Source: a virus
Direction: 5' to 3' (one strand)
Virus record (IMG/VR): IMGVR_UViG_3300021962_000032
Length of the DNA stretch: 64,000 nt
A program made the position numbers and the translations under genes. Shown piece after piece: positions 55,032-64,000 of this stretch (positions are counted from its first letter, which is position 1; every line of letters begins with the position of its first letter). The notes beneath the pieces were generated by a model. The model ran no database searches and had not been told where the DNA came from. It saw only the letters and a list, made by a program, of their open reading frames with translations.

Positions 55032-55268
55032 TCAATCCCACGGATCTTTGATGTCAATCTCCTGCTCTTCCGTCCATCCCTGTTCCTTTAGATCATTTTC
55101 AATACAGATGTAAGGAATTTCATCTTCTCCGCAGGGAATATTAATCCACTCAGAAAATTCTGCAGCAAGTGCTTTTGCATTGCGATGACGATCTGCATCA
55201 TGAAGAAGTTGAATTTTTTTGATTGCCCATTCACGAACCTCAAGAACGGGTTCAGTCACAATTTCCAT
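55032..55268 (-). CDS. Hypothetical protein (start revised)
   Basis: MEIVTEPVLEVREWA...AEFSEWI. Confidence 0.6.
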   Translation of the reverse strand: MEIVTEPVLEVREWAIKKIQLLHDADRHRNAKALAAEFSEWINIPCGEDEIPYICIENDLKEQGWTEEQEIDIKDPWD

Positions 55269-55689
55269 AGTAATCTTTTCGGAAGTACCTTGAGAGGATG
55301 TTGCTATTGTAGTAGGCAGGTTCTCCGTTGTCAAGGGATTCGGTGAGGACTCCGTTGAGAAAAAGTTGTCTGGTCTCCTCAAAATTTGTTCTTCCTCTGG
55401 ATCGGTGAAGAGAAAGTATAGATCGTTTAAAATTCTCTTTACCATACTTTTCAATATCCTCTTTAAGTTCTGGGCAAGATCCATAATACTTTTTCCAATC
55501 AGATTCTGATTTTACTTTTCTTTTTTTGCCCTTAGGTGTTCTAAAAGACCAAAAATATTTTCTACCAATGTATTTTTTATGATTTGAAATATTTTCAATA
55601 AGATAAACAAAACCAAAATAATCTTGAATATTATCTGACTCAAAAATTTCTCCATTATAAATCCACGGATTAGTATAACTGCAACTCAT
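55252..55689 (-). CDS. GIY-YIG endonuclease (T4 endonuclease II-like)
   Basis: FGFVYLIEN...KKYIGRK, ESDWKKYYGS, FKR.IL, YYNSNI. Confidence 0.85.
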   Translation of the reverse strand: MSCSYTNPWIYNGEIFESDNIQDYFGFVYLIENISNHKKYIGRKYFWSFRTPKGKKRKVKSESDWKKYYGSCPELKEDIEKYGKENFKRSILSLHRSRGRTNFEETRQLFLNGVLTESLDNGEPAYYNSNILSRYFRKDYYGNCD

Positions 55690-55691
55690 TA

Positions 55692-56522
55692 TTATTGAAA
55701 TTTATTTTTAATTTTAGAAATTATATATTTAGCAGAAGATTCTGGACTCAAATAGTTTTTATAATATTCAATTCCTTCAGTTTGTTTTATGTCCATATTA
55801 CTTTGAAGAATATTTTGAATATATTCATCAGTAACCTGATTCCAATTATTAACAAAGTAAGCTGGAGAATTTTTATAATACCAAACGTCTATGTTTTCAG
55901 ATGTAATTACTACACATCCAGAAGCAAATGCTTCTGCATATCTAAATGTTTCTTTACTCAATCCATTAGGAACTAAACATATTTTCGTATCTGAGAGTGT
56001 TTTTACATAATTATCAATACCCATTCCAGCTCTAAATTTATTGTTAAAATTAATATGATAATTTCCACGTAAATTATTAGTTACATAATGATAAAAACTT
56101 TCTCTGTGTCCAATTTGCCCAGAAAAGAAAACATCTATTGATCTTTCGGATATTTTTTTACTATTATTAAATTCAACTATAGATTTCCCACTAGAATTAT
56201 AACCCAAACTAAAATTAAATACTTTAGAATTATCAGATTTATTATAGTGATAATTTCTAAAGATCATATCAAAATTTTCATATAATTTATCATTATAATA
56301 TTCCTCATTTCCAACATGAATTGCAATTTTTTTAATATTTTTTGCCTTCACTTCTTTAAGTTTAAGCAAAAATTCTTCCATCAAATTTATATCCAAATCT
56401 AAATCTGGATGAATGAAGAAAAGATAATAACTATCATCCAATTCATTTTTTAAATGTTCCGTAATAATGTTTGTATGCGATATTTCACAATAATGTGATG
56501 GGAGCGAATTTTTAACTAACAT
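55692..56522 (-). CDS. Exostosin/GT47-like glycosyltransferase
   Basis: R.IDVFFSGQ, TKICLVP.G..ETFRYAEAF..GCVVI. Confidence 0.65.
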   Translation of the reverse strand: MLVKNSLPSHYCEISHTNIITEHLKNELDDSYYLFFIHPDLDLDINLMEEFLLKLKEVKAKNIKKIAIHVGNEEYYNDKLYENFDMIFRNYHYNKSDNSKVFNFSLGYNSSGKSIVEFNNSKKISERSIDVFFSGQIGHRESFYHYVTNNLRGNYHINFNNKFRAGMGIDNYVKTLSDTKICLVPNGLSKETFRYAEAFASGCVVITSENIDVWYYKNSPAYFVNNWNQVTDEYIQNILQSNMDIKQTEGIEYYKNYLSPESSAKYIISKIKNKFQ

Positions 56523-56564
56523 AAAATTTCAATATAAATTTGCAAAATATTTTCCGTTAATTCA

Positions 56565-56720
56565 TCAGTACAATTGCAACTCATTTACATAGTCCATTGC
56601 TTTGTTCAGATATTTATGGGCAAGTTCTTTCTCTTGCCATGTCTTATGTTCAGAATCTAATTGATGCTTAAGATTATTCAACCTTGCCTTTAATTCAAAG
56701 ATGTCGTTATAGTGAACCAT
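56565..56720 (-). CDS. Hypothetical protein
   Basis: KELAHKYLNK..D motif. Confidence 0.6.
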   Translation of the reverse strand: MVHYNDIFELKARLNNLKHQLDSEHKTWQEKELAHKYLNKAMDYVNELQLY

Positions 56721-56748
56721 ATAAAAAAATACTCTACTATAGTTATAC

Positions 56749-56778
56749 AAAAAAAAGAGGGTCTGTGAAGACCCTCTA
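56749..56778 (-). terminator. Rho-independent terminator
   Basis: AGAGGGTCT-TCAC-AGACCCTCT followed by a T tract. Confidence 0.75.
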
Positions 56779-56800
56779 GTAAGCAGTTTTGGAAGTGGTT

Positions 56801-58141
56801 TCAGTTATTGGAATAATACTTATCTGGATTTTCCTGTTTAGATGATGATTTTTCTTTATTATACTTCCCTACAACATTTCTAATAGTTTGCCTATCTCCA
56901 AGTTCCTTTGCCCTTTTTGACCTTTCTTCTTTACTTCTTCTTGGTGGCATAGATTCCTCAACAATACTCTCTCTCCACTCTTCACTCATGTTTGCCATAA
57001 TAACTAAAGCATCTTCATTCGTATCTGCATACCCTTCAGCAACCAGATACTCAAGAATATAATCAAACAGATCATCTCTCTCTTCTACTTGCTCAGAAAG
57101 GATTTCTTCTGCAAGCAATTCAAAATTTTCTGCAATTTCACCGACTTCATAATCAGTCAATCCTTCCATGATCTCATATGCTTCCTCATAAGTTTCTGCA
57201 AGACCCTTATCAATAATATCCTCAAGCATCAATTCAGCAATTACATCATAAGCCTCACCAAATCCTCTTGCAGCATTTCTAAATGCTCTCTGAGATTTAT
57301 TCATTGGCTTTCCAGCCTTTGTGGATCCACCACTTTTACCTGCTGCTGGAAGTGCAGTTCCCTTAGATCCTTCACGACCGATTGAACCACTTTTAGAGGA
57401 TACGCCACCAGAAGATGCTGCTTCTTTGCGTCCTGCTCCAGCACCTCTATATGCGGTGCTTCTTGCTGATTTAATTGCTTCCTTTGCGGCAGCCTTTACA
57501 CTCTTACCAACAACTTCTTTACGACCAGAACCTTCACCTCTATATGGTTTTGGTTCTCTTTTTGGTTCTTCTCTTTCTGGTGCTGCTGCTTTTGGATGTG
57601 CCTTTTTGGGTTCAACCTTGGATGCTGCTTTTGAAGCAAGTTCGGATCCCTTACGAAGACCCTTGGCAAGTGCAGATCTACCTCTATTAAACAGTTCCTT
57701 ACCCTTTGAAAGGATTCCCTTAATTGCTTTTTTGGCAGCAGCTTTAACTGCGGGTGCCTTTTCTCTTACCTTTGAAACTACTACTTTACCTGCTTTTTTA
57801 GCAGCAGCTTTAATTTCTGGTGCCTTTTCTTTTGCTTTTGCAACTGCTGCTTTACCAATTCTTTTTGCAGCACCCTTTACTCTTTCAATTCTTTCTGCCT
57901 TTCTCTTTGCCTCGGGATCTTCAGTATCATGCCCAAAAGTTACCTTTGCTTCTTCAATATACTCGACACACTCATCAATATCAAATGACCCCTCAAGAAT
58001 AACTTCTTCTACGATCTCATCAAGTTCATTATCGCTAAATTCGTCAAGAACTTGATAATTTTCTTCTGCATGAAGCATTTCTTCTCTAAGTTCTTCATTA
58101 TATACAGCAGAGTATGCTTCAATAAGTTCCTTATAATCCAT
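56801..58141 (-). CDS. Late-expressed protein with acidic ends and a Lys/Ala-rich core (probable internal head protein)
   Basis: L.EAY.AVY N-terminus; DLFDYILEYLVAEGYADT..AL.IMANMSEEW; TATAAATA at 58165-58172. Confidence 0.7.
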   Translation of the reverse strand: MDYKELIEAYSAVYNEELREEMLHAEENYQVLDEFSDNELDEIVEEVILEGSFDIDECVEYIEEAKVTFGHDTEDPEAKRKAERIERVKGAAKRIGKAAVAKAKEKAPEIKAAAKKAGKVVVSKVREKAPAVKAAAKKAIKGILSKGKELFNRGRSALAKGLRKGSELASKAASKVEPKKAHPKAAAPEREEPKREPKPYRGEGSGRKEVVGKSVKAAAKEAIKSARSTAYRGAGAGRKEAASSGGVSSKSGSIGREGSKGTALPAAGKSGGSTKAGKPMNKSQRAFRNAARGFGEAYDVIAELMLEDIIDKGLAETYEEAYEIMEGLTDYEVGEIAENFELLAEEILSEQVEERDDLFDYILEYLVAEGYADTNEDALVIMANMSEEWRESIVEESMPPRRSKEERSKRAKELGDRQTIRNVVGKYNKEKSSSKQENPDKYYSNN

Positions 58142-58201
58142 ATTCGTATTAAAGAATTTATAGGTATTTATAAAAAAGGGGAGTTACCTCCCCACAAGTC
58201 A

Positions 58202-58870
58202 TTAAAAATTAGATCGAGTAAACACTATAATCTTATCGTTATTATATTTACCTAATGAAGATTGATTATGATATAAGTCAATAAAGAGCATTTCGTCAAA
58301 ATATACATCATGCCCATATTGTTTTACTTCATATACATACCTTTCTTCATCAAAATCTCTATTAATATCTTCAATAATTAAAAAAGCTCCTGGATTCAAA
58401 TAATCAATGGAGTTTCTAATAAGTCGTATTTGATCCCAAAATAAATGACTGGCATCATCTATCAATACATCAAATTTACATTTACATTTTAAAAATGATT
58501 CTTTAATAGATTCTTCATATGAAGTATGCATATAATTATAAATTACATTTCGTAATTTATCTTTTTTTGCATTTTTTAAATGTTCTTCACTTCCATCCCA
58601 AGCGTATATTTTAGCTTTTATAAAATACTCCCTCCACATCTTTATGGATGCATTACATAAAATTCCAATCTCACCAAAATTTATTTTACTATACTTGAGA
58701 TTTGAAAATAAAGTCGAATAAAATGGCGTATATGAATGCCTATAAACAGAATCATAGTACTCACAACTAGTATCATTATATGGCGTTTTATCTGTGCCAT
58801 ATTTAGATCCTATTTCACAAAGATCTGTTTTACTATCAAATAAATTTACTGATAAATGACTTACGTTCAT
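58202..58870 (-). CDS. Class I SAM-dependent methyltransferase
   Basis: YGTDK, HSY..Y, EIGI, FDVLIDDASH, IIEDI. Confidence 0.8.
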   Translation of the reverse strand: MNVSHLSVNLFDSKTDLCEIGSKYGTDKTPYNDTSCEYYDSVYRHSYTPFYSTLFSNLKYSKINFGEIGILCNASIKMWREYFIKAKIYAWDGSEEHLKNAKKDKLRNVIYNYMHTSYEESIKESFLKCKCKFDVLIDDASHLFWDQIRLIRNSIDYLNPGAFLIIEDINRDFDEERYVYEVKQYGHDVYFDEMLFIDLYHNQSSLGKYNNDKIIVFTRSNF

Positions 58871-60045
58871 AGTTTAAATCCAGCAAGAGAATCTTTTTTG
58901 AAATCTTGCTTAATTCCACCAACCACATAAGATTCAACTTCTGTTTCCTGAGGAGCAACCTGAAGACCTTTGGAAGAAATCCAATGTTGCGTCCAAGGTA
59001 GAGGATTATTATTTGCAGCAATATCATAAACTGGTTTAAGACCTATTGCCTTTATCCTACGATTAGCAATCCATTCCACATACTGCTGAAGAAGTTTATC
59101 ATTAAGTCCAATCATACTACCATCTTTGAACAGATAATCTGCCCATTTCTTTTCTTCATTTACAGCACGATCAAACATTGCATAAACCCATTCTTCCTCT
59201 TCTTTAGCAATCTGACGCATTTCTGGATCATCACCTTCTCTCCACTTATTCAAAATATTTTGAGTGATCGCAAGATGTTGATTTTCGTCTCTTGCAATCA
59301 AGGAAATAATCTTGGCAGATCCTTCCATAAGTTTCAGTTCACCAAAAGCAAAGGAGCAAGCAAAAGAAACATAGAAACGAATACCTTCAAGGATATTCAC
59401 GTTTGCAACTGCTCGATATAACTTTCTTTTCAATTCTTTTCTATCAAACTTTCCAGCAACGTGACCTTCTCTTGCAAGTTCCCACATTGATCCAGCATCA
59501 TACTGATGAGCATGGTTAATAAAATCATCATAAGATTCGGTAACGCTCTTAGCACGTTCCAGAATACGTTGATCAGTAATAATCTTATCAAACACCTCAG
59601 AGGGATCTGAATAGATGTTCTTAATGATGTATGTGTATGAACGTGAGTGAATCATTTCCATAAATCCCCACACTTCCATACATGCTTCCAATTCAGGAAG
59701 AGAGCAATAAGGAATAAATGCCATTCCAGGACCACGACCCTGAACAGAATCAAGCATAATCTGATACTTCAGATTAGAAGTATAGATGTGTTTCTGCTCA
59801 GAACGAAGGGTTTGGTAATCTCCACGATCCTTCTGGAGAGACACTTCTTCAGGTCTCCAGAAGTATCCAAGTTGTTGAGTAGTTAGTTTATCAAAGATGG
59901 GATATTTGTATGAATCATATCTCTGAATTCCAAGTGGTTGACCAAAGAACATGGGTTGTTTTTTGGTATCAACTTGTTCAGTATTAAAAACAGTTGCTCC
60001 TCTAATTGAGGTCTCATTTTCAGAAACTTTGAAATCGTACTGCAT
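58867..60045 (-). CDS. nrdB: Class Ia ribonucleotide reductase beta subunit
   Basis: FWRPEEV, LDSVQGR, EMIHSRSY, EGIRFYVSF, RDENQH, QETEVESY. Confidence 0.97.
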   Translation of the reverse strand: MQYDFKVSENETSIRGATVFNTEQVDTKKQPMFFGQPLGIQRYDSYKYPIFDKLTTQQLGYFWRPEEVSLQKDRGDYQTLRSEQKHIYTSNLKYQIMLDSVQGRGPGMAFIPYCSLPELEACMEVWGFMEMIHSRSYTYIIKNIYSDPSEVFDKIITDQRILERAKSVTESYDDFINHAHQYDAGSMWELAREGHVAGKFDRKELKRKLYRAVANVNILEGIRFYVSFACSFAFGELKLMEGSAKIISLIARDENQHLAITQNILNKWREGDDPEMRQIAKEEEEWVYAMFDRAVNEEKKWADYLFKDGSMIGLNDKLLQQYVEWIANRRIKAIGLKPVYDIAANNNPLPWTQHWISSKGLQVAPQETEVESYVVGGIKQDFKKDSLAGFKL

Positions 60046-60083
60046 TTCCTTTTCCTCGTTTGTTAGAATTTGATTTAACATAA

Positions 60084-62378
60084 TTAGATTTTGCAACTTT
60101 CACAATCTTCTTCAATAGAAAGAAGTTCATCAAGTAAAGATCCCAGTGTCTCTTGCTTTTCTTCTACTTCATCAGTTTTTAAATCATGAGTATTTTGATA
60201 ATACGATGTTTTCCACCCATACTTATATGTTGTCAGGAAATCATTAACAATCACCGAAGTGGGAACTTCATTGTCATCATAATTTTCTGGGTTGTATGAC
60301 CAGTTACCTGAAATTGCTTGGTCAAAATATTTTTGCATCATAGCAACAACATTAATATAACCACGATTGGAATCCATCTCCCAGAGAAGAGTGTAATTGT
60401 TTTTAAGGCTTCCATATTGAGGGACAATCTGCTTAAGTGGACCCTTCTTCGATTTTTTAACGGACAAGTAATCCCGTGGAGGTTCGATTCCGTTTGTGGC
60501 ATTTGACACAACGGAACTGCTCTCCGATGGCATCTGTGCGGACAGTGTTGAGTGCCTGAGACCGTGAGCCAAGATGGATGCTCTAAGATTTTCCCAATCA
60601 TGTTGTAATGCGAGTGAAGAGATTTCGTCTACGTCTGTCTTATAGGTATCAATTGGAAGGATTCCATCCGAATACTTGGTGCGACCAAAGTATTCGCAGT
60701 GACCTTTTTCTTTTGCGAGTTGATTGGATGCTTTCAAAAGATAATACTGGAATGATTCAGACAGTCCGTTTACGGCATCCCATGCCTCCTGTGAGTCGTA
60801 TTTAAACCCAAGCTTCGCAAGGTAATGAGCAAGACCAATAAAACCGATTCCAAGGGATCTCCGTGCCTTTGTGGCAATTTCAGCAACCTTAACTGGATAC
60901 TGCTGATAATCAATCAATTCCTCAAGACCACGAACTGAAAGTTCACAAAGTTCTTCAAGTTCTTCATCCGACTTTACTTTACCAACATTAATTGCAGAGA
61001 GAATACAAAGTGCAATTTCACCACTCGTATCATCAATATGTTGAATTGGATGCGTTGGAAGAGTGATTTCTTGGCACAGATTACTCATCTCAATTTTATC
61101 CTTGAAGGACGAATGAGTATTACAGTGGTCAATATTCATAATGTAGATACGACCCGTTTCAGCACGTTCTTTGAGGAGGCTAAGAATAAGTTCCTGTGCC
61201 TTAATACTTTTCGACGGAATGGACGAATTGTTCTCATATTGAACGTATAAATCGTCAAATGCGTCTGTTCCGAAAGAATCATATAGTCCAGGTACATCAT
61301 GTGGGGAGAAAAGTGTGATCTCACCGTCCTGAATAAATCTTTCGTAGAAGAGTTTACTGATTTGAATGCTGTAGTCAAGTTTACGAACACGATTATCCTC
61401 CGTACCCTTATTATTCTTAAGAACCAGAATGTCTTCTATTTCTTGGTGCCAGATTGGGAAGTGGACAGTCGCTGATCCACCTCGGATGCCATTTTGAGTG
61501 CAGCATCGGACAGTTGCTTCAAACTTTTTGAGGAAAGGGACAACACCAGTGTGTTGAACTTCTCCACCTCGGATCTTACTGTTGATGCCCCTGATTCGAC
61601 CTGCGTTGATACCAATTCCTGCTCTTTGAGCAACATACCTGCCAATTGCCATATCAGAGCTGAAGATGCTGTCAAGGGTGTCATCAACATCAACAAGAAC
61701 GCAACTCGCAAATTGTCGAAGTGGGGTTCTAACACCCGCCATGATTGGTGTAGGAATGTTGATTTTGTGCTTTGAGATTGCGTCATAGTACCTCTTAACG
61801 TATGACATACGGGTTTCCTTTGGATACTCTGCAAAGATAGTCAGAGCAATCATGATATACATGAACTGAGGAGTTTCATATACTCCACCACCACTTCTAT
61901 CCTGAACCAAATATTTATCAACTACTTGACGAAGACCTGCATAAGTGAATAAGAAGTCACGATCATGATCAATGTAGTTATTTGCTTTCTGAATTTCTTC
62001 CTTTGAATATTTGGTAAAAATATCTGCATCATATACTTCAGAACTCACACAATTGTAAATATGTGTCTCAAGATCAGGAAGTTCATTCATTCTTCCATAA
62101 ATCTGCTTGCGAACAGAAAACAGAAGAAGACGAGCGGCAACATATTGATAGTTTGGATGGTCCAAATCAATCAAATCACTTGCACTACGAATTAGAATTT
62201 CTTGAATTTCTTGAGTAGAAATTCCGTCATAAAATTGAATCCCAGAAGTCATTTCCACTTGACTTGCAGAAACTCCAGAAAGATTTTTACATGCCTCATT
62301 CACCATCAAATGCATTTTGTCCAGATCAAGAGATTCAATTAGTCCACTTCTCTTGACGACTTTGGTTCCGTTGCTCAT
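60084..62378 (-). CDS. nrdA: Class Ia ribonucleotide reductase alpha subunit
   Basis: ATP cone, PTPIMAG, SCVL, SNLCQEI, MPSESSS, C-terminal CESCKI; no intein. Confidence 0.98.
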   Translation of the reverse strand: MSNGTKVVKRSGLIESLDLDKMHLMVNEACKNLSGVSASQVEMTSGIQFYDGISTQEIQEILIRSASDLIDLDHPNYQYVAARLLLFSVRKQIYGRMNELPDLETHIYNCVSSEVYDADIFTKYSKEEIQKANNYIDHDRDFLFTYAGLRQVVDKYLVQDRSGGGVYETPQFMYIMIALTIFAEYPKETRMSYVKRYYDAISKHKINIPTPIMAGVRTPLRQFASCVLVDVDDTLDSIFSSDMAIGRYVAQRAGIGINAGRIRGINSKIRGGEVQHTGVVPFLKKFEATVRCCTQNGIRGGSATVHFPIWHQEIEDILVLKNNKGTEDNRVRKLDYSIQISKLFYERFIQDGEITLFSPHDVPGLYDSFGTDAFDDLYVQYENNSSIPSKSIKAQELILSLLKERAETGRIYIMNIDHCNTHSSFKDKIEMSNLCQEITLPTHPIQHIDDTSGEIALCILSAINVGKVKSDEELEELCELSVRGLEELIDYQQYPVKVAEIATKARRSLGIGFIGLAHYLAKLGFKYDSQEAWDAVNGLSESFQYYLLKASNQLAKEKGHCEYFGRTKYSDGILPIDTYKTDVDEISSLALQHDWENLRASILAHGLRHSTLSAQMPSESSSVVSNATNGIEPPRDYLSVKKSKKGPLKQIVPQYGSLKNNYTLLWEMDSNRGYINVVAMMQKYFDQAISGNWSYNPENYDDNEVPTSVIVNDFLTTYKYGWKTSYYQNTHDLKTDEVEEKQETLGSLLDELLSIEEDCESCKI

Positions 62379-63343
62379 ATTTTTTTCCAGTTGATAAACT
62401 TAAGTTTTGCTTCTAATCCTTGATAAGTACTACATTCTACCATATTCTGAACATTCAGTCCAGATAAAACCATATCATTAATGTCCTTTTCTTCAACTCC
62501 AGTGTCCCATATCACTACCTTATCTCCCATGTCGATTGTTTTGGAGATTCTGTTGACGATTTCTCGATTGCGTGGTTCGTTATCATAAATGTAAACAACA
62601 CTGCTCCAACCAAACGAGCTAATATCAATATCGGCCCCACACATAGCAACAGAGTTTTTAATAAAGGTCGAGTCGAAAGGTCCTTCAGTAATGTAAATTG
62701 TTTCATCTGAATTTACTTCATCAAGTCCGTAAATTTTTGGTGCATCTTCGTCCAGCATAATGGTAATGTATTTTACCTGACTTGGACCGATAGCTCTCCC
62801 CTGAAATCCAATTAATTTCTTTTTATAAAAAAGTGGTATGATAATTCTCTCCTCATCATAATTTGTATTATCAAAGGTTTGTTGAAGAGAATTAGTCCAC
62901 TTTTTAAAATTGGGGGTGTAATAAAATTTATATGGGTTTAGATTTCTACTTTTTAGATATTCATTTGCCCTATCATTTTCAGATGCTTTTGGAAGATCTA
63001 CAGTTTCACGAAACTCTGGCTTTTCAAATTCAAACTTAGGATCTTCTGTTTGAAAATTCTTCCCGCTTACTCCACTTTTATACTTTTCAAATACATATTG
63101 TTTATGAAGATTTGCATCAATATCCTTTAAAAAATTATTAAAGGACATATTAACTCCACAATTATGGCATTTGTAGTTTGTATTATTTTTGATTTGGTAA
63201 AGGTATCCTCTTGCCTTATTTTTATTCTTCTGGGAATCTCCGCAAATAGGACAACGGAAGTTATAAAGATTACTCTTTACTCTTTTAAATTTTTGAAATT
63301 TAGATCCAAGAAAATTGATGTATTTGACATCAATAAAATCCAT
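62375..63343 (-). CDS. gp61: DNA primase gp61
   Basis: FRCPICGDS, KCHNC, GFQGR, TEGPFDS, YDNEPRN, KDINDM. Confidence 0.96.
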   Translation of the reverse strand: MDFIDVKYINFLGSKFQKFKRVKSNLYNFRCPICGDSQKNKNKARGYLYQIKNNTNYKCHNCGVNMSFNNFLKDIDANLHKQYVFEKYKSGVSGKNFQTEDPKFEFEKPEFRETVDLPKASENDRANEYLKSRNLNPYKFYYTPNFKKWTNSLQQTFDNTNYDEERIIIPLFYKKKLIGFQGRAIGPSQVKYITIMLDEDAPKIYGLDEVNSDETIYITEGPFDSTFIKNSVAMCGADIDISSFGWSSVVYIYDNEPRNREIVNRISKTIDMGDKVVIWDTGVEEKDINDMVLSGLNVQNMVECSTYQGLEAKLKFINWKKI

Positions 63344-63366
63344 AACGAAAGTCCATATCTCTGGAC

Positions 63367-63395
63367 ATTCTACACGACTGGACGATCTCTGTCAA
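63367..63395 (-). promoter_or_regulatory. Sigma70 promoter for primase-nrdAB
   Basis: TTGACA-N17-TAGAAT. Confidence 0.7.
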
Positions 63396-63521
63396 TCAAC
63401 CCCTTTCGATGCAGCAGGATGAAATGATGGATGTCCACTTAACTACAGAATTAGTAAATTTTTGAAGATAATATGTCGATACTTTAGTATTATCTTTTAT
63501 CTTTAAATATTCTTTTTTCAT
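63396..63521 (-). CDS. Small hypothetical protein (41 aa)
   Basis: Read by hand: MKKEYLKIKD...TNSVVKWTSII. Confidence 0.45.
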   Translation of the reverse strand: MKKEYLKIKDNTKVSTYYLQKFTNSVVKWTSIISSCCIERG

Positions 63522-63553
63522 CGGAACTGATGCCCGAAATTTAATAATATTTA

Positions 63554-63985
63554 TTATTTCTTCGTCTCTATTCTATAATTTGGTTGATTATCTGGCGTCA
63601 AAATATCTACAACCATACCAGATTGAGAAAATACAAAACTTATAATAATTACTGCTCCAGCAATTATCCAACGAAACTTAATAAGGTCTTCTATTTTTAG
63701 TTCTAATTTTTGAATTCTTTCTACGACTGCCTTGTGATCATCCTTATTTTCAGTTTTTAATTCATCAAGTTGTTTGGCAAAATTCTCATCATTCTTAATT
63801 GTCTGATCAATTCTTTCATCATGCTTACTAAGAATTGTAGCAATTTTATTATTTGCTTCAGATATTTTATCAACAGCTACTTCTAATTTATCCATCATTT
63901 GTCTAGATAAATCTTCGTAAATGTTGAACTTTGCTTCCAAAACATCTAATTTTGAAAGGTCTGACCTTCTTAATTGGAACGGCAT
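63554..63985 (-). CDS. Coiled-coil protein with a C-terminal TM helix
   Basis: SRQMMDKLE.AV.KISE..N.IA.IL.KHDER; FRWII.GA. Confidence 0.7.
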   Translation of the reverse strand: MPFQLRRSDLSKLDVLEAKFNIYEDLSRQMMDKLEVAVDKISEANNKIATILSKHDERIDQTIKNDENFAKQLDELKTENKDDHKAVVERIQKLELKIEDLIKFRWIIAGAVIIISFVFSQSGMVVDILTPDNQPNYRIETKK

Positions 63986-64000
63986 CTTACATACTACCAA

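Noticed and set aside
57321-58055. 244-aa plus-strand ORF
   Set aside because: Antisense shadow of the Lys/Ala-rich gene 56801..58141
58867-62378. Intein or intron in nrdA or nrdB
   Set aside because: Normal lengths and continuous motifs

Overview
A 64 kb AT-rich segment of a T4-like cyanomyovirus genome, probably from a phage of a picocyanobacterial (Synechococcus/Cyanobium-type) host, mostly encoded on the minus strand. From left to right it contains: (1) a >1945-aa tail/tape-measure-like ORF that runs off the left edge and is missing from the ORF track; (2) baseplate and head genes (gp51, gp26, gp54-like, gp4, gp48, gp53); (3) replication and late-transcription genes (gp32, gp59, gp33, exonuclease, phoH, thyX); (4) a small nitrogen-linked operon: NtcA-like box, sigma70 promoter, tandem glutamine-riboswitch-like aptamers with a 50-codon ORF nested inside the second, then a DUF4278 protein; (5) speD, glutaredoxin and a RimK-type ligase; (6) psbD, psbA with a PhotoRC-II-like leader, two hli genes, peroxiredoxin, a thermonuclease and cell-wall hydrolases; (7) a Som-type porin and a ~18 kb glycosylation island with an apparent GDP-colitose pathway; (8) gnd; (9) six tRNAs interleaved with three structured non-tRNA RNAs and an HNH gene; (10) cpeT-like lyase, nrdB, nrdA and gp61 primase. 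All assignments come from motif recognition by eye; no database searches were run.
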